Notes: generated from the letters alone by a model not told the origin. A stretch of DNA of 64,000 bases from the human T2T-CHM13v2.0 reference genome, Homo sapiens (GCF_009914755.1 NC_060934.1); one strand, 5' to 3'; positions 29,363 to 48,215 are shown, numbered from the stretch's first letter. Translations and numbers: made by a program.

Positions 29363-29659
29363 TTTTCTTTTCTTTTTGAGATGAAGTTTTGCTCTGTCAC
29401 CCAGGCTGGAGTGAAGTGTCGCAGTCTTAGCTCACTGCAACTTCTGCCTCCCAGGTTCAAGCTATTCTCCTGCCTCAGCCTCCTGAGTAGCTGGGATTAC
29501 AGGTGTGCGCCACCTTACCTGTCTCATTTTTGTATTTTTAGTAGAGACGGGGTTTGGCCATACTGGCCAGGGTGGTCTCGAACTCCTGACCTCAAGTGAT
29601 CTGCCTGCCTCAGCCTCCTAAAGTGCTGGAATTACAGACGTAAGCCACCGCACCCGGCC
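29363..29659 (-). mobile_element. AluS
   Basis: Full-length antisense Alu. Confidence 0.9.
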
Positions 29660-30689
29660 TGAACATTAGTTTTTAAAGTAAAAAAGGGAACAATAAAGGA
29701 GGAAACATCAGACATAATGACAATGTTTATGAAGCAGCCAGCACAGTGTTAGGGCCCTAGAATCCAATCAGGCTTTTTTCCTCTTCCTCAATAAACTGCA
29801 TCAAAACAACCCTAGGTGCTATCAGTATTTCTTTATTCCTTGCCCCTTCTGATACATTTAGAGAAAAAGTGATAAAGATTTATCAGTGGAAAATAATTTT
29901 ATCTTTTGGAAACAAAATATAAATTTGTGTTATAAAATATTATACTACTGGATGATACTGAGTTACTTTGGGAGCCACATTCCAGTTCATTTCTTGTCTA
30001 AATGATGAATGACACTTGAAACACCATAGAGAAATGTAATTTTTAGTAGGTAGTAACAGTTAATAAAGCAGTTTACTGGCTGAAACTAGGCAATAAACAG
30101 CTATGACACCAACAAAATACGTGAATTTTTTTTCCAAATGAAAAATGTTATGAGACCTGAATTTAGAATAAGGATGTAAAATTGAAATGTTTCTATTTCT
30201 TCACATGCTTCCTTACATTCTTTTGTTTCTTTTCTCTCTTCTTCCCTCTTTATTCTTTTTTATTTCTTTCTTTTTCTCTTTCTTCCTCCTTTCCTTCCTT
30301 TCTTTCTTAAAGAGGAAAACTTGACATGACTTTTCTCCTGATATAATCGCTGACTTGTTTAGTGTTGAGGGGTGATGGGGTGTATTGCCACTGTAATACA
30401 AAATTGCAGTTTCAAAACCTAAAGGGTCTTTAAAAAGAGTTAGACATGGAAAAGCAACACTGAACATAAGAATTGTATATCTTTTACCTAGTGACATTTA
30501 AAATTTTCACATCTTTATTGCATTATTTACATGTGCCTAGCAAAGTTGATATGATGGTAATCCCTCATTAATTTCATTTAATTAACAATTGAATTGAATT
30601 GTTTGAGCAACTGCTGTCTGCCAGGATACTGTGCTACTATGCTGGCACCTGGGGATTCAATAGTGAAAAAGTCAAAATCCTGCTGCATC

Positions 30690-31702
<1,013 letters not shown>

Positions 31703-33569
31703 CTGCTGCATTCTCATAGGATAGTGAAGAAATCACATGAGGAGACACTGACCATACTGGACCTTCAGGTGCTAAGAATGAGTATTGAGGGCTACAAGAG
31801 AACCTAGGAATGAAACGTAACTCAGCCTGGGTAAATCAGCCAAGATATCTTAGAGGAAGTCTCCTAAGATGAAAAATAAAGAATAATGATTAACCTGGTG
31901 ATTGGGGTGGGGAAGGGATTTCAGATCTGGAGTTGAGAGATGGCATGTTTAGAAAACTGCCAGCACAGTCACTCAGTAAGGCTGTGCTGGAGAGCATAGG
32001 GAAGCATTGAGCCTTGCAGGGTAAGCTGTGTTTGTAAGCTACATTCAGAGTATGACAGTTCTACTGATTTCAGAGGGAAATAGATAGGAGTGGATTTGTG
32101 CTTTAGAATGATCACTCTACTCTAAGACTAGGAAATGAGTTGTGAGTACCAGAAACATGCTGAGATGAGAATGGATAGAGTCTTCAACGGAAATATGGAA
32201 AATACCAGACAGGGTGATTAATAGGTGGGATAGGTGAGAGTAGTCCAGGAACAATCTACAGGTTCCTTACTTGGGTAATTGGACAGAAGAAGGTACCATT
32301 CATTGAAATATGGAACATGGGAGTAAGAGCTGGTTGGCGGTGGGGGAAAGGAAAATGAGTTTAGTTTTCTATAAAAGTAGATGTGTTAATTAGGTGTGTG
32401 TGTGTGTGTGTGTCTGCGTGTTCTCAGGAAGAAGTGCATATCAGGATTGTAGAAGAGATTGAGGAAACAAAAATAAAGAGATCTTACTTGAAATCATGAG
32501 AGTGAAGAGAGAGCCTAGAAAAAATTTATTAATATAATCTTAGGAGAAAGGAGAACTTAAAATGGAACTATAAGGATAGTCAGCATTTAAGGGACAAGCA
32601 AAGAAAAAGAGGTAGATGAAGGATTTATTAGTATTTGTTTGCAAAACAGAGGGGTAAGAAGAATAAATATATGAAACAGGGCTGAAGCACAGTGCAACAA
32701 AATGTTAGATTATGTGGAGTGCTCAGAGGAAAGGCAGAATTGTGGATTCCTGTCCCCCTGCCCCCCAGAATCCAGAATGTCTACACAAAATGTATGTATA
32801 TACTTTTTCCCCTACAATATGGGTAATTCTTAGAACATTTAAAAAAATGCTCAGATGCCTTTTCTGCCCCTGGTCTATGGTCCTTTCCACTCTACATTCT
32901 CCGGTTATTTTTGCCTCTTGCGGTTACACTGCAGAAATTAAAATAAAATAGTTGAAAAAGAACTTTAACATCCCCTTAAGAAATCAAATATAAAGCAATG
33001 TATAGAACATTCAACATCACATAATTTCTATAATATTCACGCTCATAAGATTATGTAATTATTATGTCTGTGTGATCTCAACTTCAATATATTGTTCATT
33101 CTGAATATGCATCCTGAAATCACGTGTTTCACTTGTAAAAGTAAATCGTGATGAATTGACAGGTGAATTCTTGTGCTATAGAAGAGGGAACACTGTTCTT
33201 AGCAGCAGGATATTTGAGCTCTAATTTCTTATACCAACTTATTGTATTTTCTCACATATATCTCATAACTTCCTTGGGTTGAAGTTATATGATTTATAAA
33301 ATAATAACATCCAATGTCCCCTCAACTTTTAAAAATCTATGGTTCTTAATTTATCTCAAGAAGCACTTACTAGCACCCATGGGCTATAGACAGACAAACA
33401 AACAAAAGAAGACAAAAACAAGCAAGGTGAGTTTTCTATTTCATAATAATGGAAAAGCATTTTATTTTCATAGAGCAATTCTAATAATTGGGCCTGAAAT
33501 TTTGAATATGTTTTAGTGTCCACAATAATGTTCTAAATTACACAAATGTGATTGAGTATAGGAATTAAG

Positions 33570-34170
<601 letters not shown>

Positions 34171-35054
34171 TGACATTCTCCTTTCTCCAATTTCAATTCC
34201 CCGTACAGCCTGAAACGAGGGCCTCTGAGCAGTCTGGGAGATTTGGCTAGATACTTGGCTCTGTATGCATTGTATCTTGTATACCTTTAGTGTAGATCAG
34301 AAACTAAGATATATTGTTTACTAAAGAGATGAGTCCATATAAAAAAATTATCAAATCATGAAGATATTCACCTGATGGAATATATTTTTCAGTCAGTTTT
34401 TACTGATTATGAAGAAGGAGTGCTAAACAAAGATATAGCTTTAATGTTACGTGAGTGAAACAAAATTTAAAAGAACTCATTAATGCAGCTGTAAAATGCT
34501 ATGATGGAGATCAATAGCTTACGTGTGAATTTAATGTGGAGATATTTGAAATGAATTTTAGATTGGTTGGGTAGATTTTATTTTCATTTACAGAACACTG
34601 CTATCAAGTGGGTTGGTACCAATTGCATGTGGGATACAACTCTGGCTTTTGTCCTTTGATTTCAGAGTAGTAGAAGGGCACAAGCTTCAGAGAATGCAAG
34701 ACCTAGATTTATGTCCTGGATGAGTCATCCAGGACCCAAATCTCCTGTGATTTTGAACTTTATTTTATTATAAGAGGTCATGAGATGAGATAAAGCAACT
34801 CTCACAGGTGGGAAAATGCCCCATGGCATACTGGGAGAACACTAAGGAACAGGAAGAAGCTTACCAAGGGAAGACGTGTGTAATGACATGTACGTTCCTG
34901 TCATTTCTATTGCAATATGCAATCTTCAGGGTTCACCATATTTCAGCAATGGAGACTAGTGTCATTCTTACACACATTCACCCTTCATAAACCACATTTT
35001 CATAAAATTACCAGGGGCTCATTGAGAGTTCATAGTAGCTATTGGTGCGGTTAA

Positions 35055-35413
<359 letters not shown>

Positions 35414-36467
35414 TTCTTTTTTTTTTATTCAGATAAAATATCAATTCATGTTTACAGAATTCATTCTTTTCTGCTAAAATAAGTTTCTACATATTTGATT
35501 TTGCCATTGTTTACCTTCCATTTATATATTCAGTTGCTATTACATTAAAACCAGAAGAGTGATTACTGAAGAACTTTTTTCTCTGTAGAATGAAACAGGC
35601 TAATAATATTTTTCTCTTAGTTTGGGATGGCTGTCATGCTGTTACTACTCAGTAACCATTCAATACCAAGTTCAGCCAAGGGCAAAGATTCATTTGTATT
35701 TGTCCAATTTCCCCAGAGACGCTAACTGTGGGCTTGTTGCACCTTGCTCTGGACTGTCTGGAAGAGCCCTTACTGTTCCTTGATGAGCAGCAAAGAGGAA
35801 CGACTTGGCTGGTTTGACAAGCAGTGCCAAGTCCCTTCCATTATAAATCTCTATGAAGCTTCCTTCAGTACCCTGGCTGTGATAACGTGCATGGTCCTGC
35901 TTCAGAGAAAAGGTTAACGTGAAGAAATGGAAAGCTGCTGAATAGGAAAGGTCTTGGCTGCATGAAAAATTCTAATAACATACAGCCTTGGAAGGAAGTG
36001 AAGGCATAGATCTGTCGAATAAACAGATTTCATTTTAAATGTTACATGGAGAGGTCACCTTTTGGACTTCTTGCTTTTCATTTTCATTTCTGAGAAGTTT
36101 CCACTTTGGCATTTTATTTAAAATGTGGGTGAGAATCTGCAGATAAAAATTGAGAATCACTTTAAAGCATGAATTTCTTTTGTATATCACACTAGAAGAA
36201 ACTATTGTGAAGAAATAGCAATGGCCAAGCAGTTTCACTCATGGAAACTTGTGATGGCTAAACTTATAGATTAGATTTTTTTAAAACTAGCTTTATAAGG
36301 ATTTACAGTAGCCACATTAAAAAAAAAAAGTCCCCTTTAACATCCAACTTGTGTGACCTTTAAAGAAATAGATTAATGTGTCAACTTTTCTGAATAAAAT
36401 TGACATAGCTGAAGTTAAATTTCTGATGCCTCAGGTGCTATTAATACATTTTTGAAAATAAGTTCTT

Positions 36468-38851
<2,384 letters not shown>

Positions 38852-39242
38852 GAAAATAAGTTCTTATTTTACATGAACTTCTTTTTTAGAATATGTAAAC
38901 CTTTTATTTTTACTCAGTATTGTTTTAAGAAATCAGAAAAAAAACTGAGTCCTCAAGATTAAATAAATTCCATTTTCACATGATATTAAGCACTTAACCT
39001 ATAGTGAACTAAAAAAGTAATTTGTAGGTCTAATAACTGTTTGGGTCTAGTGTTGATGAGAATCCCTCTTTTAGGACCTATTAACATGCTTATCAAGGGA
39101 AATATAAGTTGTGGTACTGGTCTGTGTAATTTTTTTAAAAAAATTTTTAAATGATTTAAAAATAGCTTTTAAGTCATATTTTTAAAAAAGTGTAAGTGTT
39201 ACATTGCTTCTGTGCTGACTCACATTGGCTAGTCTTCATTCT

Positions 39243-42225
39243 CTTTTATTATTTTTATTTTTACTTTTTATCAATATTACTTTTAATTGACAAGTTATAA
39301 TTGTATACAATTATGGGGTACACAGTCATAATATAAGTATATAATGTGGAATGATTAAATCAAGCAAAGTAATCCATTGCTTTGCAAAGCATTGGAAATC
39401 CATTTGCAAGTCCATTGCCTCACTTATCAATTTTTTTTGTGACAAGACATTGAAATTTACTCTTAGTTATTTTGAAATATACAATACATTAATATTGACT
39501 GTAGTCACCCTGTTGTGCAATAGATCTCAGAATTTACTCTGCTTATCTATCCGAAACTTTGTGACTTTTATTATCTTCCCATTATTGCCGCCTATACCCC
39601 AGTGTCTGGTAATCATCATTTTATTTTCTGCTTCTCTAAGTTCAGTGATTTTAGTTTCCACATGTAGTGAGATTGTGTGGTATTTGTCTTTTGGTGCCTG
39701 GCTTGTTTCACTTAGCATAATGTCCTTCAGGTTCATTCGTGTTGTCACGAATGACAGGATTTCCTTCTTTTTATGACTGATAGTGTTTCACTGTGTGTAC
39801 ATACCACATTTTCTTTATGTATCCATTGATGTACACTTAAATTGATTCTACATCTTGGCGATTGTGAATAGTACTGCAATAAACATAGGAGTGCAGATAT
39901 CCCTTCAATAAACTGATTTTCTCTTCTTCAGAAATATACCTAGAATTGGGATTGATGGATCATATGGTAGCTTAATTTTTAATATTTGAGAAAGCTCTGT
40001 ATATTTTTCCATAATGACAATACTAATTTACATTCACACCAACAATGTACAAGAGATCCCTTATTTCTGTATTCTGCCAGCACTTGTTGTCTTTCATCTA
40101 TTTTTGATAAAAGCCATTCTAACAGATATGAGATTATATCTCATTGTGGTTGTAATTTGCATTTTCCTAAGATTAGTAATACTGAAAAATTTTTTAATGT
40201 ACCTATTGAACATTTGTATGTCTTCTTTTGAGTAATATCTGCTAAGGTCCTTTGCCCACTTTTAAATCAGGATATTATTTTCTTGCTATGAAGTTGCTTG
40301 AGCTCCTTATATATTCTGAATATCAACCATTATCAGATGTGTGCTTTACAAATATTGTTTTACCATTCTGTGGATTTTGTCTTTACTTTGTTAATTGTCA
40401 TCTTTGCTGTGCAGAAGCTTTTTAGTTTGATGCGGTCCTATTTGTATATTTTTGCTTTTGTTGCCTGGGCTTTTGGGGACATAGCCAAAAACAGTTGCCT
40501 GTACCAATGTCATGGAGCTTTTCTCCATCTTTGCTTTTACAGGTAGAAGTTTTATAGTTTAAGGTCTTATATTTAAGTCTTTAATCCATTTCAAGTTGAT
40601 TATTTTACATGGTGTGATTTAAGGGTCCAGTTTCCTTCATCTGCATATGGATGTCCAGTTTTTCTAACATCGTTTACTGAGGAGACCCTCCTTTCTCCCT
40701 TGTGTGTTCCTGTCACTTTTGCCAAAGTCAATTGACCATCAATGTGTGGGTTGATAGACACTTAATACAGGAACAGAAAACCAAATGCTGCATGTTCTCA
40801 CTTATAAGTGGGAGCTAAACATGGAATACATATGGACACAAAGAGAGGAACAACAGACACTGGGGACTACTGAAGGGAAGAGGGAGGTGGGTGAGGATCG
40901 AAAAACCACCTATTGCGTACTATTCTTATTACCTGGGTAGCAAAATAATCTACACAAACCCTCATGACACACAACTTACCTATGTAACAAACTTGCACAT
41001 GTACCCTTGAACCTAAAATTAGAGTTAAAAAAGTGTTGCTTTATTTCTGGGCTTTCTAGCTTGTTCTGTTGGTGTATGTGTCTGTTTTTGCTGGTCTATT
41101 TTTATGTTTTGATTATAGTTGCTTTATAGTATATTTTGAAACCAGATAGTGTAATGCCTCCAGCTTTGTTCTTTTTGCTCCAGATTGTTTTGGCTACTTG
41201 GAATCTTTTGTGATTTCATATGGATTTAAGTTTTTTTTTCTATTTCTGTGAAAATTACATTGGAATTTTGATAGGGATTGCATTAAATCTGTAGATCGCT
41301 TTGAGTGCTATGGGCATTTTGACAATATTAATTTTTTAAGTCCATGAATATGGAATACATTTTCATGTAATTGTGTTTCCTTAAGTTTAATTCTCGGTGT
41401 TTTATAGTTTTCAGTTTGCAGATATTTCACCTTGTTAATTAAATTTATATCTAAGTATTATACTTTATGTGTTGCTATTGTAAATGGGATAGTTTTCTAA
41501 ATTTTTTTGGATGGTTTCTTATTAGTATATAGAAAAACGATTGATTTTTGTATGTTGCTTTTGTATCCTTCAATGTTACTGAATTTTTTATTAGTTTTAA
41601 CAGTTTTTTGTTAAGTCTTTTGGGTTTCTACATATAAGATTATGTCATCTGCAAACAGGTACACTTTTACTTCTTTCTTTCTGACCTGAATTCCTTTTAT
41701 TTCTTTCTCTTGCCTAAATATTCTGGCTAGGACTTCCAGTTCTATGCTGAAAATTGGTGGTGAGAATAGGTATTTTTGTTTTGTCCCTGATCTTAGCAAG
41801 AAAAGTTTTTAACATTTCACTGTTAAGTATGATGTTTGCTCCCTGTTGGTCATATGGCTTTTACCGTATTCTGTCTATAAGTAATCTGTTGAAAGATTTT
41901 ATTATGAAAGGATTTTGAATTTTTCAAATGCTTTCTCCGAATCTATTGAGATGATTATATGGTTTTTATCCTTCATTCTGTTAATGTGGTGTATCACATT
42001 AATTGATTTGCATAAGTTGAACCATACTTACAGTCCTGAGCTAAATCCCACTTGATCATGCCAAATGCTTCTTTCAATGTGTTGTTGAACTCAGTTTGCA
42101 AATATTTTGTTGAAAATGTTTGCATCTGTGTTCATCAGGAATATTGGCTTGCAGCTTTTATCCTTTAAGTGCCCCCATCTGGCTTTATTATCAAGGTAAC
42201 GCTGGTCTCATAAAATGACTTTTTA
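39243..42225 (-). mobile_element. L1MA-type element (3'UTR + ORF2 portion), interrupted at ~40755-41030
   Basis: Continuous antisense L1 text. Minus-strand ORFs give ORF2-like peptides, e.g. [39 protein letters not shown] (RT FADD motif) at 41611-41799. Confidence 0.9.
40760..41032 (+). mobile_element. L1PB/L1PA 3' end nested in the opposite orientation
   Basis: ACAGGAACAGAAAACCAAATGCTGCATGTTCTCACTTATAAGTGGGAGC...GAACCTAAAATTAGAGTTAAAAAA. Confidence 0.8.
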
Positions 42226-42323
42226 CCTATTCAGCCACTCTTTGTCTTTTGATGAATTCAGTACATTTACCTTCAAGGAAATGATTGATAGGTAACTAAT
42301 TACATTTATTAGTTGCTGGCACC

Positions 42324-42580
42324 ATCAAGGTGCCAGCAGATTCAGTGTCTGGTGCCCTCTGCTTGGTCTGCAGACGGCTGCCTTCTTATTGAGACCTCAC
42401 ATAGCACAGAGACAGATCACCTCTCCCGTGGCTGTTCTTGAGAGGGCAGTCATCCAGTCCTGAAGGCACCATCCTCATGATCTCATAACTTCCCCAAGGC
42501 CCCACCTTCCAATACTATCACATTGGGAATTAGGGTTTTAAATATGAATTTGAGGGGACACACACATTCAGCTTATAGTA
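42324..42580 (-). mobile_element. Truncated MLT1A/MST-type LTR
   Basis: ATCAAGGTGCCAGCAGATTCAGTGTCTGGTG...CCAATACTATCACATTGGG...CACACATTCAG. Confidence 0.75.
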
Positions 42581-44405
42581 CCACAGAATTATGTATGCAA
42601 GAAATCTAAAAATAAATATGTAGAGCCTATTGGAAGAAAGTCAGAAAAAACACAGATGTGCAGAAAAAAGACTCATGACAAGACTATGCTTCTTAATGGG
42701 ATGTTTCAATGGTGTGAATAGGTCCATTTTCATGGAATCAATTTAATTACATTCTAGTACAAAATCTAGCAAGGATAAACTTTGGAATCTGATAAAGTGT
42801 CTTCGAAGTTTATCTAGGAAAATGAGAGATAAATAGCTAGCAAGAGGGAGAAGAAAAAGAGAAAGAATTTTCATTATTAGGTATGATAGTGTAGCATGTA
42901 AACTACACCAACATTATGAAAGTTTATAATTAGAAAAGAATGTGATTGTTAAAAATATTAAGCATATGTGTAATATATTTAACAAATAAAGTTGGCCTTC
43001 CAAATTAGTTGGGAAAAAAAATAGCTGATAGTAATTTCAGCTGATTTGTATACAGTACTTACTGTATGCCAAGCACTGTTAAATAATCTCCATCCAGTGT
43101 CTCGTTTAATTTTTACCAAACACAAACATTGTAGGAATAGTAGTTTTATTGTTGTTCCTATTTTACAGTTTGAGGAAATGAGGCTTAGACTAGGTAAAAG
43201 AAAACGCCAGAGGACACAGAGCTGTTCCATGGAGCAGCTGGAATTCACAAACAATTCTGTCTGATCCTGAAACATCAATACCAACCACCATACCATGCTG
43301 TTTTTATTACATACAACAAATGAATATGAGGCAATTTCATGAAATACATTTCTTATTTGCTCCAGACACCAAAAATTTCTAAAGATAAAATGTTAAATAT
43401 TAACAACGAAGCCATAATCTTTATTGCCTCTAATAATCAGAAAAGTCAAGGAAAGTTTCTCTTTTTCTTTGATGTGTAATAGATTTTCAAAATATGTTTG
43501 TTGAATATTGATATTGAGTAAGTATTGGGGTGGGGAAGACCTTTGTAAGTGTTAAATGAAAGAAGAAAACTTTAAAAGTCAGTAAATTAGAATATATAAA
43601 TTAAAAGTTTCAGTATATCAAAACATTGCAAGTAAAATGAAAGAGGAAAAACATCTGCAATATAGCACACCAATAATTCTTTTCCAGGTCAATAAATCAA
43701 AGATACATTTTTCTTTCATACAAAGGTAGGTAAAATTCTTGAAAACAACTCAAACACACAAAAAGAGAAATGACCATGTATGATGAAGTTATCAACTTCA
43801 CTATTAATTGTAAATCCCAATTGAAAACAAAAAGCTGCCAATATTTTTAAAATAAAATAAATATGAAAAATAAAAAAAGTATGTGCACTCTTGGGAAGGG
43901 CATAAGAAGATGGATACTATTTCAGGCAAGAGAATTATAAACTCTACCTTTCTTTGTTTAGTATTTTTATAATATGAAAGAGGATTTAAAAAGTGTTCAT
44001 GCCCTCTAACTGGTAATTTTACTTTTAGAAATTTATTCTAAGAAACAAAATGAGTTCATGCAAAAAGTCTCCTTACAATACCATTTCATATGGTAGAAAT
44101 AGGAAGTCATTTAATTTTATGATATTAGGTTAATGTTTAAATAAATTATGATGCATGGATAATGTGGACATTTGTGCAGCCATCTGTCATAATTTTTGAT
44201 GCTATTTAGAAATGAGAAAGTGCTCATGAAATATTGTTATGAGAAAAACCATGATTACCCATCAATATATGCATTGTACTTAAAAATATAGTATGGCACT
44301 GCACATAAAATATGAGCTGGAATTATCTCTGTGTGTTGGGCTTCTATATCACTTTTCTTTTTTGTATATCTTTATGATTTCAACTTTTCTAAAATAGCAT
44401 CTATT

Positions 44406-44760
<355 letters not shown>

Positions 44761-45864
44761 TAAAATGATCTAATAAACAGCCTTCCTATTAGCAATTGTG
44801 CTTATTTTAGAAATGAAAGCAAGATAATATTAGGCATATATGCGATGTAAGCGGATTCATTTTCTTTCTTTCTCATTTCTATGTTTTTTCCCAAACCAAT
44901 GAAAAAGGTTTTCTGTTGTTGTTGTTGTTTTTGCAGATGTTATTTTTTAATCAGAGTAAGGAAATTGAGAATTTGCAAGTAAAGTAATTTGTCAAAGTTA
45001 TATTAGCAAAGGCAGTCAATATCGGCAAGAAAAGTGTTATGTAGCAGGGTTAAATCGTGCATTGTCTAGTCCTATTTGAGTTCAGAGTCTGGCACTTTTT
45101 CTTCCCCATCACAACTGCCCATCTGGGTGTCAATCTTTTTATTTTGTTTTGGAGCATAGTGTCTGGGCTCTCTTTTGTGTGTTTGTGTGCATGTGCTTGT
45201 GTGTGTACCCACCAGTATCCACCGATGTTTCTGGTGTTGAGCCTTCTGCCCCATGCAGTTGTTTTATGTACGTTATCTTACAGCAGTAAGAGGAGCTCAT
45301 TGTGGTTCCTCTGTGCCGGTGTTTCTTTGAAGGCAGCAACTTGTCTGCAGGTTTGAGCTCAGCTTCCCTGCTGCTCCCTGATGCTGGCCTAGAAGTTGCT
45401 TAACCATCGACACAAGGTGAACACAGTTCCTTTTTGATCTATTTTCCGGAAATCAGGTCCTTTTTTCTCTCTCCGGTCCCTTCCCCCAATCTACCTCCTG
45501 CAAAGTCATGCCTATCTTTCCTGCCCTCTTCTCAGACCCCTTACCCTTGCCTGGCCTCCCAGGGATGGGATCTTCTCACTCTCCCATTGTGGTTTTCCAA
45601 TTCTAATTCTATGGAGTTAAGCCTATGCCCTCTGTTATTCAGACATATTAACTATTCAAGGACCAATTCTTAGTCAAAATTGGATAGTCTGTTTTTCCTT
45701 GTGTTTCATTTATAATGGTTCTAACTTTCCTAGAGGCAATGACCAGAGAGAGGTCACAGAGTAGAAGGTGAAGAAAAAAGAAAAACACTGTTTTTAAGAT
45801 TTCAAGGTTTGTCAGCAAAGTTATCTACCTTGAAGATTCTAGAGTGTCAAAGCAGCCTTATATC

Positions 45865-46245
45865 ATGTGCAGCAGCACTATTCACAACAGCGAAGACATG
45901 GAATCAGCCTAAATGCCCATCAATGACAGACTGGATTAAGAAAATGTGAAATACTATGTAGCCATAAAAAGGAATGTGATCATGTCCTTTTCAGGGACAT
46001 GGATGGAGCTGGAAGCCATTATCCTCAGCAAACTAACACAGTAACAGAAAACCAAACACCACATGTTCTCACTTATAAGTGTGACCTGAGCAATGAGATC
46101 ACATGGATACAGGGAGGGGAACAACACACACTGGGGCCTGTCAGAGGGTGGCGGGTCATCAGGAGGGAGAGCATCAGGAAGAATAGCTAATGGATGCTGG
46201 GCTTAATACCTAGGTGATGGGATGATCTGTGCAGCAAACCAGCAC
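45865..46245 (+). mobile_element. L1PA 3' region lacking its poly(A) end
   Basis: GCAGCACTATTCACAACAGCGAAGACATGGAATC...GATCTGTGCAGCAAACCA, then an abrupt switch. Confidence 0.8.
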
Positions 46246-46249
46246 GAGA

Positions 46250-48215
46250 CTAAAGAGACAGAAATCTTTTATATTGAAAACTATGTCATTGTTGAAAGAC
46301 ATTTACAAAGATATAAATGGAAAAGATATTCTGTGTCCATAGATTGGAAGATTTAATATTGCTAACATTTCAGTACTACCGAAAGCAATCTACAGATTCA
46401 GTGCAATCTCAGTCAAAATTTCAATAATTTTTCTTCTGTAAAAGTAGTAAACTTTATCCTGAAATTCATGTAGAATCTCAAGGAACCTCAAATAACCAAT
46501 AAATAAATAAATAAATAAATACCTGGGAAAAGAAGAAAGTAAGAGGTCTAACACTTCCTGATTTCAAAACTTATTAAAAAGCTACAGTACCTGAGTGTGG
46601 TATTGACATAAAGACAGCCATCTAGACCATGGAATAGAATAGAGAGCCCAGAAATAAACCTTCAAATATATGGTCAAGTGAGTTTTGAGAAGGGACCCAA
46701 GACCAATGGGGAAAGGACAGTCTTTTCAACAAAGGTGGTGGGAAAATTGGGTAGCCACAAGCAAAATAATTGGAGTTGGACCCTTACCTTATACCATATA
46801 CAACAAGGTACCTCAAAATGGATTGAAGACCTAACTGTAAGAGCTAAAACTGTAAAACTTAGTAACAGGAGAAAAGCTTCATAATATTAGATGTGGTAAA
46901 GATTTATTCAATATGACACCAACAGCACAGGCAACAAAACAGATACATTGACTTCATTGAAATTAAAAACTTCTATTCATCAAAGGACAGTATCAACAGA
47001 GTGAAAAGGCAATCCACAGAGTAGTAGAAAATATTTGCAAATCATACATCTGATAAAAGATTGATATCAGAATGTAAAAAGAACGACAGCTCAACAACAA
47101 CAACAACAAAATAACCTAATTAAAAAATGAACAAAGACCTTGAATAGACATTTCTCAAAAAAATACATAAATGTCCAATAAGCACATGAAAAAATACTCA
47201 ACATTGTTCATCATTAGGGAAATACAAATAAAAACCACAATGAGATACCACTTCACACCCATTGTGATGGCTATTATAACCATCCAAAAAATCTCCTAGA
47301 AAATAATGTATTTAGGAAGATTTGCAGAAATTGGAACACTCGTGCTTTTCTGGTGGGAATGTAAAATGTTGTAGCCACTTTTGAAAACAGATGGCAATTC
47401 CTCAAAATATTAGAAATAGAATTACCATATGATATAGCATTTTCACTTCTTGATATATACCCCAAGGAAACCAAAGTAGGGACTCGAACAAGTATTTGTA
47501 CACCCATGTTCACAGCAGTGTTGTTCACAATAGCCCAAAGCTAAAAACCACTCAAGTGTCCATTGACAGATGAATGGATAAACCAAATTTTATATGATAT
47601 GACATAGATCAACCTTGAAGACGTTATGCTAAGTGAAATAAGCAACTCACATACACACAGAAAAACATACACTATATGATTCCTCTTATGTGAGTTACCT
47701 ACAATACTCTAATTCATAGAGACAGAAGGTAGAATTGTGGTTGCCAGGGTTTGAGTAGGGAGAAATGGAAAGGTGGTGTTTAATGGGTACAAATTTCAGT
47801 TTTGCAAGATGGAATGGCTTCTGGGGATAGACGATGGTGATGGTTGCTTAACAATGTGAATATACTGAATACCACAGAACTACACACTTAAGAATGGTTA
47901 AAATTACATGCCTGTAATTCCAACACTTTGGGAGGCCGAGGCTGGTGGAATGCTTGAACCCAGAAGTTCAAGATTAGCCTGAGTAACATGGCAAAACACC
48001 ATCTCTACAAAATGCAAAAAATTAGCCAGGTGTGGTCTTGTGCACCTGTAGTTCCAGCTACTTGAGAGGCTGAGATGGGAGGATCACTTGAGCCTGGGGA
48101 GGTCAAGACCACAATGAGCCATGATTGCACCATCACACTCCAGCCTAGGTGACAGAGCAAGACCCTGTCCCCCCCCAAAAAAAAAAGTTTATGTAATGTA
48201 TATTTTACTACAGTA
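46250..48215 (+). mobile_element. L1M (L1MB-like) ORF2 3' half + 3'UTR, interrupted by AluJ
   Basis: GAAAGCAATCTACAGATTCAGTGCAATC, GGAATAGAATAGAGAGCCCAGAAATAAACC, CACAATGAGATACCACTTCACACCC; tail resumes after the Alu (TTTATGTAATGTATATTTTACTAC). Confidence 0.85.
47906..48186 (+). mobile_element. AluJ (5'-truncated)
   Basis: GGGAGGATCACTTGAGCCTGGG...GCAAGACCCTGTC is J-type. Confidence 0.85.

Noticed and set aside
39351-40546. Hydrophobic plus-strand ORFs (141 aa, 81 aa, 82 aa)
   Set aside because: Antisense reads of L1; T-rich composition mimics transmembrane segments.
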